A stretch of DNA of 63,866 bases, counting the filler, from Collodictyon triciliatum (lineage: Eukaryota): NCBI GenBank assembly GCA_043381765.1. It is 8 parts of 8 records of this genome, joined end to end, with 100 filler letters (N's around TTAATTAATTAA, not from the genome) between each part and the next. Parts side by side here need not be neighbours in the genome. Positions count along the whole stretch, not along the records: positions 17,768 to 26,546 come from JBHJMP010003283.1; positions 26,647 to 37,954 come from JBHJMP010003284.1; 6 more parts are not named here. One strand, written 5' to 3'. The position numbers were made by a program, and so were the translations under genes. Each line of letters opens with the position of its first letter. Within the stretch, counting starts at the first letter, position 1. The notes under the pieces are model-generated. The model had not been told where the DNA came from. It saw only the letters and a program-made list of their open reading frames with translations, and did no database searches. Shown here in pieces: positions 17,668 through 30,772 of this stretch.

Positions 17668-17955
17668 NNNNNNNNNNNNNNNNNNNNNNNNNNNNNNNNN
17701 NNNNNNNNNNNTTAATTAATTAANNNNNNNNNNNNNNNNNNNNNNNNNNNNNNNNNNNNNNNNNNNNCAAAAAACAAAAAACAAAAAACAAAAAACAAAA
17801 AACAAAAAACAAAAAACAAAAAACAAAAAACAAAAAACAAAAAACAAAAACAAAAACAAAAAACAATACCTTACAAACATCCATATATCACTGAAGAAAC
17901 TAAATAAAGTAACATAACATAATCCAAAAAAATTGACCCATCACCCATGAAATAG

Positions 17956-20652
17956 GACAAAGGCTCATCCTACTATGGAATTGCGAAAGATTTTGCATAT
18001 TTTGTATCGAATTCCTTTACCGATGCAATTATATCTCTAAGGAATACACAAGGTATATATACATATATTTATCTTACACTATTCTGCGTTTGTATGAAAA
18101 TCACATAGCCGTCTTCATATGCCTCGCAATATGCATAACGCATATATTCTTGCCTCCAATTTTTTTGCGAGATGAGAGGCACACATATCCTTGAAATAAT
18201 TAGATATCATTAAAATTCCTAACATCCAATTGTTAGATGAAATTCAGATGATTAGCGACCAGCTGGTCCGAAAATTGACCATAGAAGATTTACCATCTAC
18301 TGTGGAGATTTCTAATACCAAGGTAAATCGTTAAAATGTGTTTAGACATCTAGAATATACCCTGATGCTTCCAAAATGTAACTCTTCCACCAGCCCCAAA
18401 ATGAAAAGAGAAAAAACTCCATAAAACAAAGACTATATACATACGATTTATGTAAGTGCAATACATACTGATCCTATATAATAACAACCAAAGACACAAT
18501 TGAGTGAACAAAGAGATAGGCTCAAAAATATTGAGCTACCCAAAGAAACAGCAGAGGAATATCGCAGTTTGCAATTATTTCGCTATATGATCCATATTTT
18601 GAAACATCCTGTAAAACAAAAAAAAAAAAACTCCATCAATATGAAGCAGATTTACTATCTTTAGAACATTTACTACTTATTTTAGTTGCTGAATGTAATT
18701 TATTAATTTTTTAAAATCAGTATCCATACCTCAGCTACCCCTTTGCATCTCTATAAGTTCAAGGCAAGATAATACATAATGATTAAATTGTTCGTCCAGC
18801 AAATTTTGATACAATATTTTACGTGATCCCCACATGCACACATATTAACATTTATTTTTGTCCTATAAAGATTACTCAAGAGATACTCAACTGAGTACGG
18901 CCGAATGAGTCTTGCAGACGTCCAAATGTTTCAAACTTATTTCGACCGTTGGATAATTTGGTACATATACATATACAAATTTATTGAGGACCTCATCATC
19001 GTGATGATTTGTTCAAAGTGCGATTAATTTTTCTGTATCCATGAAGATACTCGGAGCTTTACTTTTCGCTTCTTTNNNNNNNNNNNNNNNNNNNNNNNNN
19101 NNNNNNNNNNNNNNNNNNNNNNNNNNNNNNNNNNNNNNNNNNNNNNNNNNNNNNNNNNNNNNNNNNNNNNNNNNNNNNNNNNNNNNNNNNNNNNNNNNTT
19201 TTTGTGTGTGTTTACTGTTTTTTGTGTTATTTTTTTTTCAATGATCTTATTCGTATTCATATTACTAGTGCCTTTCAGATTTTTCTGATATATTTGTCCT
19301 TAGTTTCACTGAATATCTATAATTAGTGCATCCAAAACAGTTTCCCGTATTCATAACTTTCGCACTCAATCAAGTCTTAGGTAATCGATACTTTATGTTG
19401 ATAATATGAATCATATGTTACATTTTCTATTTTTGAAATCTTAATCCTCTATATTTCAGCAAAGAGTTGATTAAAATCCAGCAAGCAGTGCAACACTGGC
19501 TTACAATAATGGTCGAATATGACGAAGGTTTGCTTGACTGATTTCGAAATCGACTCTCATAAAACGGGCGAAAAACAGTTCGTTCACAATCCATACTCTG
19601 TTGCTTTGGAACGAATAAAGGAAAAATAAATACATACCCTATTGCTTAGATCAATGTAAATATTTTACAGGGGCAGACGGCATGGAGGATGAGATATTTC
19701 TTCTCCATAGGCAGCTTGAATCGTGGGCAGATAGAGTGGTTACTGAGAATGATTCGACCGATGATTTCTCTAGGTAAATTGGATAAACATATATCTCATA
19801 AGAAGGAAAACAAATAGCAATTAATAGATTCAGAACCTTCTATCTGCAATGACGAGTGTATTACATTAATGTTTATTACTCGATGTAGTGAAATCGTCGT
19901 GACTAAGGAGGGATACAAAAAAGTCATTGAAGAAATAGGAAACTGGATTGAAATATTTGATAGGGTATACCTAATTTAACTTTTAACATGATGGTAAGAA
20001 AATAGTACCATTTCATAATGGAGCTTGTATTTCGATATCATCATTTTTCTTCCATTCAAGGTAGAGTCAAGCATCAAGGAATTCCAACAAACAAGTTCAT
20101 TTGCCTTCTTGAACAAAGTTTTGAATGGGATTGATAGTTGGAGAACACGGGTCAACTCTGCATTGGCAAAATTTTCGAGGTTTGGTTAGCCCCATCCTTA
20201 GTGTAGACGTGTTTGATTTATACTAGAGTATCAATAAGTTAACTTTATATGCACGCACTATCACAAATCTTGATAACGAAAACCAATCTGACACACCTTT
20301 TAATCACCACCAACTTTCACTTTTAAATTCTTTTCTTAGAGACAAAGATCTAGAGTTGATTCATCTACATGAATCAGTTGAGGCAATACTTGTTAAAATA
20401 ATTGTACCCACAGAGGGTGAAAAGCCACCATCTATAGATATCATCAAAAAAGTAGAAAAGAAATTCGAAGAGTTTGTTTTGTTTTCTTTTAAAATACATA
20501 CGCCAACAATTATACCATAGACTTATTCATTATTTTAAAAGAAATTTACTTTGACGTCATTCTATGCATACTTGAATGCCAGATGGAATGATATTATGAT
20601 AAAGCACGCAAATGAGGAGTAATTATTGCAATCAAGATTATTACATGCCTCT

Positions 20653-20751
<99 letters not shown>

Positions 20752-23700
20752 TTGAGTAAATATAAATCGCTATAAGGCACATATTTTCAGGTAGACAATC
20801 CTCATCTAAAATTGCATTTATTCCATTAAAAAATTATGAATATTTTACGGCGACTATATAGTGACACGCATAATCCATCTTCAAATGAGAGGCTGGAAAC
20901 GGCTTTTCGTTCTTGGATTGGTTGTATACATCGCATATTTGGAAAGCGAGAAGGAAGTAATACCATAAACGCAAGGAAGATGTCTTTCATTAGATACAAC
21001 CTAACCCATCTTAATATCCACTATTAATTTGCAGCATCTCATCAAGAGTCTGAGTTTTCAGATGATTTTTTCCAGAACCTACCCTTTTCTTTGACCTCGG
21101 ATATTGCTGTAAATATTTTTCTAATAATTACCTCCACATGTTTCTCTATATTATATTGATTACACATTCATGCACTTGATCATTCTCTTATCTAATTTGA
21201 CAGCGCACGTGAATTTTTTCTTATACTTACGACGTAAATAAATAAATAAATTGTTAATTAGATTCAAACAGAGGATATAGGAACATTCGTTTCATCAAGA
21301 GCTTTGTCCAACATACAAGTGAATCTCATACATGCAGGATTTAATCCAGGCATGGTAAGGAAATTTTACGGCTCTCTCACGGGTTCCTCAAATCCCGATG
21401 AGATTGTCAAAAATATTGAACGACTTATATTGAACCACACTGTCGATCCCATTGAGAGACAACAAATGCTTTCAAGGTTATCTCAAATCTAAATGTGCTC
21501 TATGTTATGTGGAATTTATAAAATTTCCTCCGTATATTGTTTCAAAAGTATCATTTTTTTTATTAAAAAAAAATCACACAGCGAGCAAACAAACAAATTA
21601 ATCATGGAATTGCAAGAACAAGTTACAGTTAGTGCCGCATGATTTCATAGCCACTATTTGCCACCATACTTTCCTCAATTTTAACACTTGAAAGAAATGA
21701 TATTTAAGGTTCTCTTTTGAAGCAACTGTTTAAATAATTAAGCTACCATCTCCCCTCTAGAAACTCGAAACACAAGTGAGAGAATACGAGATAAGACAGC
21801 TGGCACCGGTATTAATATCAGGTTGCTTGTGATTATTTGACATCTATTTCTGATTTGTTGTTTATAGTTGTAAAATTTACCAGTAGCTCCATATTGTACT
21901 GGTTACATAAAAAATAAATTAACTACATATGATATCAAACAGTTAGGTTTTCGTATGTGAAATTACTAACTTTTTTTATTAAAAAAATTGCTCAAAAATG
22001 ATTACTTTTCCTGGAAGATGACACCGATGAAAATGTAAATGTATTTAAAATAGGCCTACAAACATCAACTACTACAGAAACTGAAAAATACATTCATTAT
22101 GAGTACGCTATGTAACTCTACACACCAGAAGTTGACTAATAATCCATACCGCTTTATCGAACACAATAGAATAAGCTTATCGAGAGTGGAGAAGCGAAAC
22201 TACGGAGATTTATCACATCTAAAATAACCCATGCTGAAGTACGTGCTAAGGGCTGGCTGATACGATTTATTAGGGACATATACGATATAAAATTTCAGGC
22301 AAGCACACCCTTTTCTACCTGATTAAATCTTCTCATATCACAAAATGTTATCCCCGTAGAGGAAATCTAAGTTAAAAAAAAGACAAAAAAAAATTAAATA
22401 TTAAATCACGAACAGACCGAAGCTCCAGCAGAATTAAATCAGCTATACAATCCTGCTGCTCGTTCTTCTCTTTCAGATTTCATCTGCGAATATTATAGCA
22501 ACAAATACGGGTTGAAACAGCTTGTAGACCAGGTATCTTGATTCCTATCATTTTATTATTATTAAATTATTTTTTATAGAAAAATCAATAAAAAATTAAA
22601 AGGATTACCATATAAATATTTTTGGGTTTATCTTAAATTTTGTGATAATAATTCTAATGGAAGATCTGATACATGGAAACAAATAGCAAATCGAAGACCT
22701 CCTAGCCACTTTGAATCGTTATCGCAATTCGGACTACGAAATCACATCGTTTTCGACTTTCCTCAATGAGAGGGCAACTGCCAACGAATTAGCCTTCTTT
22801 TTATATCCTTTATAGATATTACCATTCTCTTCATCATAATTTATCAGGTGTAAACTCAGACACCCTATTTGAGAACGAATATTTTACTCCAAAATTTAAA
22901 TACGCAAAAATTCTACTCATCTTCATATTTCCTTGACGCTGAAACGCATGCACGTAACATAGCCCTAAATGGGACTCATGTTGGTAACACATATCCGATA
23001 GAGAGAAACACAATACATCCTGATTATCTGGATCTCCCTCGTGCTCTTGAAGTTTGCAAGTACGAGCTCAGTAACACTACTCAAAATGAATCCTCACATA
23101 TATTTTTAATATAGATTTGTGCTGTAATCAAATCTAATAATAGCGTGCTATTTGCAGTTCGCCATTTGGTTTCGGAAAAATAAGCAGATCAAACAGTCCA
23201 AATTCCTAATCAAACAATTCAAACAGAATACTTTCATCCTTTTTGTCTTTGGATTCCGAAAAGACTAATCAGTTTTTGAGGGCAGTTGAGTCAGTATCCA
23301 TCAACTCAGAGACATTAAAAATCAAACTATATGCGACAGTGAGGTCCGAATCGTTGTTTTTTTTCTCTCTATATACCACCGTACTAAAATTTCATGATTT
23401 TGAAATAAAAAAATTTCTTTTCATTTTTTCTGATACGTGATAATATTATTTGACAACATCTGATTCTATTCTTCTTTTCTTCATATGCATGTAAAGCAAA
23501 TCGCAGGGGCAGTCATCCTCACAAAAGGATTCCGGCGCCCCTGTCAACCGACGAGTTCTACTAATGGATATTCTCAATATGTTCCTCACTTTCGTCAGTG
23601 TTTCTTACTCAAAATATTATAGCATTGTAGTTAAAAGTGGACATTCATTAGCACCCATATAAACGCCACTCTGAAAAGTGACATTCTTTGATAACATTTT

Positions 23701-25927
23701 AGGTTAAAGAATTACAAAGAAAAAATGCTGGAAAAATTGCAGAGGTTCTCTTCTCTGTTAACGATTTTGATAACAGTTTAAAACTTTTGCTGTTAAATTA
23801 ACTGGCAACTGCTTCTGGTCTGCGTGTAGATAGCACGATTAAAATATAATTTCAAATAGTTGTTTTATTCAGTCGACACAAGTAAGTCTGGTTCGATTAG
23901 CGAGGAAGGATTTGTTAAGTTGTCTTCCAAGCTTTATCCCAGACTAGATGAAAGTCAAGTAGTGATTTTTATTGTTAAGTCATAACACATGAATACCCTC
24001 AACTTTTAAGATTTGTTGCACCATCGTTTGCATCGTCGATGATTTATAATCAATATATTTATTTAATTTTATTATAAAATAAAGGCTGTCTCCGTTTACT
24101 CGGATTATGTGTCAAGTTCGAACGATCAGTTTGCTCAGAAAGGAAGAATGTCTCTGCCTTTGTTTCTGTTAGCCATCCAACAGGTAAATGCAAATAAACA
24201 ACTAGAACAAAAGGAAAGTAAAGCAATACTTGCGCTTGTAGAATCATATCCTCTTCCCCATTTCACATCTAAGATACCCAAAATGTGATATCCTTTCATT
24301 TTCTCAAAGGAAATAAACTATGGAAAAGAATACTTGGCGTCCTTTAGTAAATTTAAGACAAAATTACATTATTATACGTGTTAACTTTATATTGAATTGC
24401 TATGTACGAACCATTCATTGAAGTTGGAGATGCTAAAGAAAGAGGAGGAAGATGTCAATGACGGCCCACAAATTTACCTGGCTGTGGATGAGGTATGGTT
24501 ATGTTTAAAGCCTCTACATTTACTTATTCTTTCAAATTGGCTCCCTTTTTCTCATGCTAGCATTATATCAAACAAAGCTCGATCAACTTCATACCATGAT
24601 ACAGGGTCGTTGGGCTACATTCCAAGTAATAATTTTAAAAGACGTGTTCATTCTTTTAAGCCCACCTAACTAAAATGATCTAAATAACATACATCATAAT
24701 TTCTTATTTATTAATAAATTATGCTCTAAATTCACTTTTGGACTAAATAATATGATCCAATTCTCATATTACTGAAGTTGCCCCAACAAATTAACTTAAA
24801 TAGCCGCAATTAACCGAAATTATGGAAGTATTCTCCAGAAGTTCTGACCCTAGAAATAATCTAAACTTGCGCAAGATTAAAGAGTTGAAAGCACAACTAG
24901 AAAGGGTGAGAGATAGAATCAGTTTTTTATGCGGATATATGGCCACGAGAACGACAAAAAGGAGCGCTTGTTTGTAGAGTTGGCATATAGTCAGAGATGC
25001 TGGAATGCCTCTATTAATTCCAACCCAGCGATTCATCTTTGTCCTATTTAGAATCTCCTGAAAGACCATCACGTTCAAGAAAATAATGTGCGCACAACCA
25101 TGCTCTACAGAGAGATTCTGGACTCTGTTCGCAACCATCAATCAATAATTTCAAAGGTAGAATTTAAAAACTCTAATGTAAATACACGTTTACAAAATTA
25201 TGTTTGATTAACTTTTTCTGAAAAGGTTTCCATAATAAATGAATAAATAATGATAAATTCGGACACTATTAAACCTGAGTTCTTTTCCAGCGATCAGTTG
25301 CGTTGGATATAAGATCTCTTGAAAAAGAACTGGGTTTGTTGGAGCGGGCACTCATTTGTGGGATGAAATCGTTCCCTATAGACTCGCCTTTTCATGTACC
25401 AAAGACACCAACTCAGAAGAATCGCGACGTAAATACATTACTTTTCCTTGCTCAATGAATCCATGTGACAATCTCATCTAATCACAACGTATCATTAAAC
25501 ATTGACATATTATTATACTCGAACAACAGCACCCTTTTCCTCCGCATCCTGGATCTCTCTACTCAGCTGAGGGATACAGTACGATTAAGATACACCTATT
25601 TATATGCAGAAACACCAAATACATCTTCCTTCCTTTAATTCAATTATTGGACCTCTCTGTATTTCACACGTTCCCGAAGCAAGGAAACAAGATTATTGAC
25701 TTTCTCTTCCTCCTCCCTCCAACTGTTATGAAGTTCTAAATCTGATTTTTGATACAGACGAGCAGAGAGCAGATTCGCAGCCTGCCAGTCGCAAAGGGGC
25801 ACGAACGCAACCATGGCAAACAGAGGAAATATCCACAATCACGCGCGCAGGCCATCCCATTCCGATAGAAGTCTCACCAAATCAAACACACGCACCAGTC
25901 ACATCTACAAAAGAATCAACGAGTTGA
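17956..25927 (+). CDS. Large multi-exon coiled-coil/EF-hand protein, 5'-partial; central region resembles TSNAXIP1-like ciliary proteins
   Basis: About 25 short exons that splice in frame, including FICEYYSNKYGLKQLVDQQIEDLLATLNRYR...FLNERATANELAFFLHARN and an EF-hand-like loop VDTSKSGSISEEGF (~23870). The family assignment is inference and some 3' exons are unresolved. Confidence 0.6.
19588..19647 (+). mobile_element. Older copy of the ultra-short insertion (19607-19628) with a degenerate 19-bp TSD, intronic
   Basis: AATCCATACTCTGTTGCTT [TGGAACGAATAAAGGAAAAATA] AATACATACCCTATTGCTT; 16 of 19 positions match. Confidence 0.65.
20653..20753. repeat. (TTTA)n intronic microsatellite
   Basis: Read directly. 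Confidence 0.95.
22803..22945 (+). other. U12-type (minor spliceosome) AT-AC intron
   Basis: Donor ATATCCTTT at 22803, branch point TTTCCTTGAC at 22928-22937 and acceptor AC at 22944-22945. Removal restores the frame ELAFFL-HARNIALNG. Confidence 0.88.
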
Positions 25928-26196
25928 GCGTTCTGCACCAACCTTTGCATTTATTTTCTTTCATAGCCGCTTCTTGTTCTTTGAATCCAGTCAGGTTTTG
26001 TGGAATAGAATAGCCTCTTTTCATAGCTTTATAAATAAATGAATAAATAAGAATATCTCTGTTTCCCCCTAACACGAGACGTCGAGGCAGGTGATACTCG
26101 CTCATCTTTTAGTGTATGAGAGCAATAGCAATAGTAATTAAGAATAAAATAAAAAAACCACATAATTCATCCATTTCTTGTTTAGGTTCAATTTAT

Positions 26197-26546
26197 TTAT
26201 TCTGGAGTATCCTTTTTCTTCTTAATCTTTTCCTTCAATTTCTCATGCAAAAATCGGATGAACTCGAAGCCAAGTATCGAAAAAGAGCATATGACTGAGA
26301 GCCAACCAAGAAACGACGCCCATCCAGGGTAGTCGCCATAGCCGAATCGGAACTCAGATATGAGATTATATAGGAATAAAGCAGCGATTCCAACAGGACA
26401 AATATACTCGAGCAAGAAGCCAAATAGACGCGGTGGCCTTCGCTTTGTGTTTTCCAACACTTGTCCAACGAGTTTTTCGATGGGGTAATACCATGCGACT
26501 GCGATGATTTCCAAAAGTCCAACTAATATGAGGACATAGTCGGATA
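26197..26546 (-). CDS. Sodium:neurotransmitter symporter (SLC6/NSS) family transporter, C-terminal part only
   Basis: LILVGLLEIIAVAWYY...LLEYICPVGIAALFLYNL...YGDYPGWASFLGW matches the last TM helices of the NSS family; cut at the scaffold end. Confidence 0.8.
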
Positions 26547-26658
26547 NNNNNNNNNNNNNNNNNNNNNNNNNNNNNNNNNNNNNNNNNNNNTTAATTAATT
26601 AANNNNNNNNNNNNNNNNNNNNNNNNNNNNNNNNNNNNNNNNNNNNTAGAACCAGATA

Positions 26659-27170
26659 TTAAACAAGGCAAGGACTAAGCCAAACACATATAGGTTTGCT
26701 GGAAGGAATCGTTTTGTGTCCTTGCTTGTATCTTTTATAGTTTGCGTTATTTCCCAGCATCCGATAGACTACCCCACTCTCGATAAAGTCTTTTGGCTTT
26801 TTGAAATAAGATATCAAACTTGCTTTGGTATAAAACTTGCTTAAAGTTAAACCTTTGCCTTTATAAAAATAAATAAAGCTATGATTCATGTTGGATTTTT
26901 TAGTTTGCTTGGCATGTGTTGATATTATTGTTTGTGTGGAAAAAAGAATGAGTGTCCCGCCAAAGGGAAACTATGAATTATCTCTGTTCCGGTGTGTAAG
27001 TCTTTGGGTTTTGTTCTTGACTGTCTGTGTGCTTTCGTTGGCAGAAATGTGCTGGTGTTGAGGGTGAAGGTGTCTTTAATGTGTGCTTATGATTCGAGTC
27101 TGAAGTTGCTCTAGCCGGTTTGAAAATGAGTTGTTCGGAGGTTGAAGGTAAAAGATATAGGTAAATTTTG
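26659..27170 (-). mobile_element. Possible decayed apurinic-endonuclease (EEP) region of a non-LTR retrotransposon
   Basis: A stop-interrupted frame has HRNRDNS*FPFGGTLIL..., ESGVVYR and KPICV, spaced like the RxDR..GGxxI, VIYR and PIIL motifs of LINE endonucleases. Weak. Confidence 0.3.
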
Positions 27171-27349
27171 TTTTTTTCATAGGAAATTTTAGTCGCGCAG
27201 AGAAATCCAAAGCAAAAAAATCATAGCAAAAAGGCTGGACGGAGCGAAAGGAAAACAATGGGGCTAGTGTCTTGTATATCTGAATAAGTGGGTTAGTGAC
27301 TATCTCCAAAGTGAATATAGCTAGGAATATGAAAATGATTGCACATATG

Positions 27350-29210
27350 GCAAACCAATCCATCTCTTCCATCACACTATCAATTCTTAATCGATTCGAT
27401 TATTTTTTTTTTTAGTAACAGCCTTTGAACAGAGGGAAATATTACAACTGCACAAAATAAAATGCGAACCTATGGAAATACATTATCATTAACATTAACA
27501 TTCACGATGCAAAACACAAAAACAGCAGAACATCGCATTGTATTAGTTGAAGAGAAAAGCACATTGTGCGCATCAAATGGCCCACATATCAACCTTATCC
27601 ATTCAGATATCTGATGGAAAGAATGCAGTCCGTGATCTAAAAAACCAGTAAATCAAAGCACTTTGATACATTTCACTGCTGATTGTTTCTCTTGAAAGCA
27701 CTGCAGGCACATATCAATATTGGAATTCAAAGTCTAGTTTACTAGCTTGTTACTTCTTCCTTCTTTTCTTTCTATTCTTCAATAGTTTATTGATCAAACA
27801 CATCGCCAAAGATGAATACCGTTTCTTTTTATGTATGTTTTTTTTAAAAGGCTGATATTTGATGCGGGTTTAAGTGACGCGCACCACCTTTCGAGTATCT
27901 TTACTGACTCATAGTGGCTTACAAAACCCAACACAAAGCAAAGGTTTATGCTATAGTCTTACATTTTTTACTTTTCAAAAGGAATATATGATATTATTGG
28001 ATATTCTGTAAAAATAATAAATTATTAGAATACTGCTAGAAATCTCTTTTTTTGTAAGTTGCTGGTCTCACACTGTCGTTGAGGTCAATGTGGCTGTTTG
28101 ATTTTTTTCCTTTTATATTTAATTTGAAGAAAGGGTTTTATTATGATTCTTCAACCCGCCCTAGTTGTTGCGCCTTGGTTGAAAGTACGAACGCGTTTTG
28201 GATTCACATGCAGGTCGGTGTAGTATAGAAACAAAAGTCATGACTCATCTAAATATATCTATTGTGGGTCGAGCTTCATACAATCCTTAAAAGCTGCAAC
28301 TACCAAAGCACTGACTTGAGTTCAATCCGAGGCCTAACTTCCGGCAAAGTCCAAATGACGCAGCTGATTTAAATCAGACGATGAATGCGTAACTAGTAGA
28401 CGCAACATGCGAAAGTCGCTAATTTTATTTAAAAAAAAGGACATTCAATTTGGATATAGTGCTGTATTTGATTTTTTTTGTATTGTTGTTTGATTGAATG
28501 CCTTTAGCCCGTGGTAAATATATGTATATGAACTATGCTGACGCACTACGACCAATTTCCTGAGTAAACTCATCACACCATTTGTTGCAAAGCTCTGTTC
28601 AAGTGCATCGTTCAAATTTTTTTATCGCATTCGTATATTTATTTTTTCCACAAAGTCCTAGTTAAAGCCAAGTCACTTTGCTAATAAACCCATCTTACTG
28701 GGCCATTTTTTGCCATTTTTATTTTGTTTATTTTTCTTTGCGTGTGGAAATAAATTTCCTGTCTCCAATGTGCCAGCCTTCTTTTGCACTAACGCTACTT
28801 GTTAGCCGGGTGGCTGAGAAGTAGTCGGTAATCAGGAATTGCATCCTGCGGTTTGGTCTGTAGCCTGGGTCTTGTGCTTGCATGAGAGATACAAGGCGAA
28901 GTTGAGTCTCTTTCTCAGCCTCTTTCCACATGTCTCTTCTCGCAGGGTCTGAGTAGTAGAGAACGTGCAAGCGGCGAAGGAAACTGTTGAGAAAAGAGAT
29001 TTGTATGATGTCATTCAGCCTATTATCAGGAATGGGTGGCTGGTTGTTGAGTCTTACTTTGCGTGACTATGTGCGCGCTATCCACATAGTCCATAGCAAA
29101 TAGCCTCGCGTCACTGCCCAGAATGTTTTTTTTTGCATCTGGACGCAGCTGTTGCAGAGGCCCAAATATCACCTGGATTGGGCCAACAGCCGCAGCCGTC
29201 TTGAGTGTCA
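27350..29210. repeat. Left arm of a long imperfect inverted repeat (partner 36053-37945)
   Basis: Colinear reverse-complement match with substitutions and small indels, e.g. 29173-29210 vs 36053-36090 and 28364-28377 vs 36881-36894. Confidence 0.95.
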
Positions 29211-29366
29211 GTCGAAGAATCTCACTGGCTGTTTCGCGCAGGTTTTGGGCGAAGGGACATTGCACGAATGTGTGCTCAATGGATTCATCACCGTTGCTGC
29301 AAAGTGTGCATTGTTGCGAGACTTTGCCAGCTTTTGTCGCGCGTGTGCCTATCCATAGCTCCCTTT
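28728..29366 (-). mobile_element. 5'-truncated L1/Tx1-like LINE, ORF2 C-terminus (zf-RVT CCHC), frameshifted
   Basis: QQCTLCSNGDESIEHTFVQCPFAQNLR is a C-x2-C-x8-H-x4-C zinc motif typical of L1/Tx1 ORF2 ends. The downstream LWxxWxxR-type motif is out of frame because of a homopolymer-run indel near 29130. Confidence 0.82.
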
Positions 29367-30772
29367 AATTAATGATATAAAGCAGCCGAAAACATTACCA
29401 AAACAAAATAAATGCAGAACATGTCATAGCAAAAAAAAAAAGAAGCAAATGGTCCACTCTGTGTGATTTCGACCATATAATACTTTGTTTTCTATTGACT
29501 GCGGCATGTGAAAAAAATAATGAACGAGCATGGGTCGTACGTTATGCCACCCCGCCTAGTGGTGTATATCCAAAACAACACTATGTCTTTTGGTGTATGT
29601 CCGGTGATAGATAGCATTCAGTGGCGTCCATTCAGTCATGTGCTCCATCAAGACGGATTGAACACAGTTCTGTTATATTCATAAATCTAAATCTTCTGGA
29701 AACACATACCATTTTTTTTTACTTTCTACTTTTTTGTATCATAAATATTTGTGTGCAACGCGACTGGGCAAATAACAATAAAGCAAAAAATAAGAAATTG
29801 ACTCTGCTTTTGCTTTGCAATCTCCAAAAAAAAACACGTCTGATATGCTTCGCTTCTTCGCTAATCACTTGTATTTCTTTTTTAACTCTTGTTTTTATGT
29901 CATAGAGCTCATATTTGTTTGACGCTATAATCCGCCCTTTTGTCTACCAATATATATTAATGCGCGATTTCATTTGGTGTTTTTTCTACAGTGTTATGTC
30001 GAGAATGTAAATCCGTAGAAAACCGTTTTTACCTGCGGGCACATAACCTTACACANNNNNNNNNNNNNNNNNNNNNNNNNNNNNNNNNNNNNNNNNNNNN
30101 NNNNNNNNNNNNNNNNNNNNNNNNNNNNNNNNNNNNNNNNNNNNNNNNNNNNNNNNNNNNNNNNNNNNNNNNNNNNNNNNNNNNNNNNNNNNNNNNNNNN
30201 NNNNNNNNNNNNNNNNNNNNNNNNNNNNNNNNNNNNNNNNNNNNNNNNNNNNNNNNNNNNNNNNNNNNNNNNNNNNNNNNNNNNNNNNNNNNNNNNNNNN
30301 NNNNNNNNNNNNNNNNNNNNNNNNNNNNNNNNNNNNNNNNNNNNNNNNNNNNNNNNNNNNNNNNNNNNNNNNNNNNNNNNNNNNNNNNNNNNNNNNNNNN
30401 NNNNNNNNNNNNNNNNNNNNNNNNNNNNNNNNNNNNNNNNNNNNNNNNNNNNNNNNNNNNNNNNNNNNNNNNNNNNNNNNNNNNNNNNNNNNNNNNNNNN
30501 NNNNNNNNNNNNNNNNNNNNNNNNNNNNNNNNNNNNNNNNNNNNNNNNNNNNNNNNNNNNNNNNNNNNNNNNNNNNNNNNNNNNNNNNNNNNNNNNNNNN
30601 NATTCTACCCGAGGTGAATCAGCTCCAACGCGATTTCTGGTTGTATTCGAGACTGACAGAAGAGCGGATAAAGTTGTCGGGTCGATGAAAGTACGCACAT
30701 GGCAGTTACTTCTCAAATCGATTCCGACGAGTCCTTTCAACCGTCTATCTCAGACAGGGTTTACATCCTATT

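Noticed and set aside
18185-18193. ATATCCTTG as a U12 donor
   Set aside because: It lies inside an ordinary GT-AG intron (18053-18236) that already keeps frame.
24288-24296. ATATCCTTT as a second AT-AC donor in the large gene
   Set aside because: I found no matching branch site plus in-phase AC acceptor, and the local exon structure is unresolved.
28280-28345. tRNA gene (B-box-like GAGTTCAATCC)
   Set aside because: No cloverleaf or A-box could be built.
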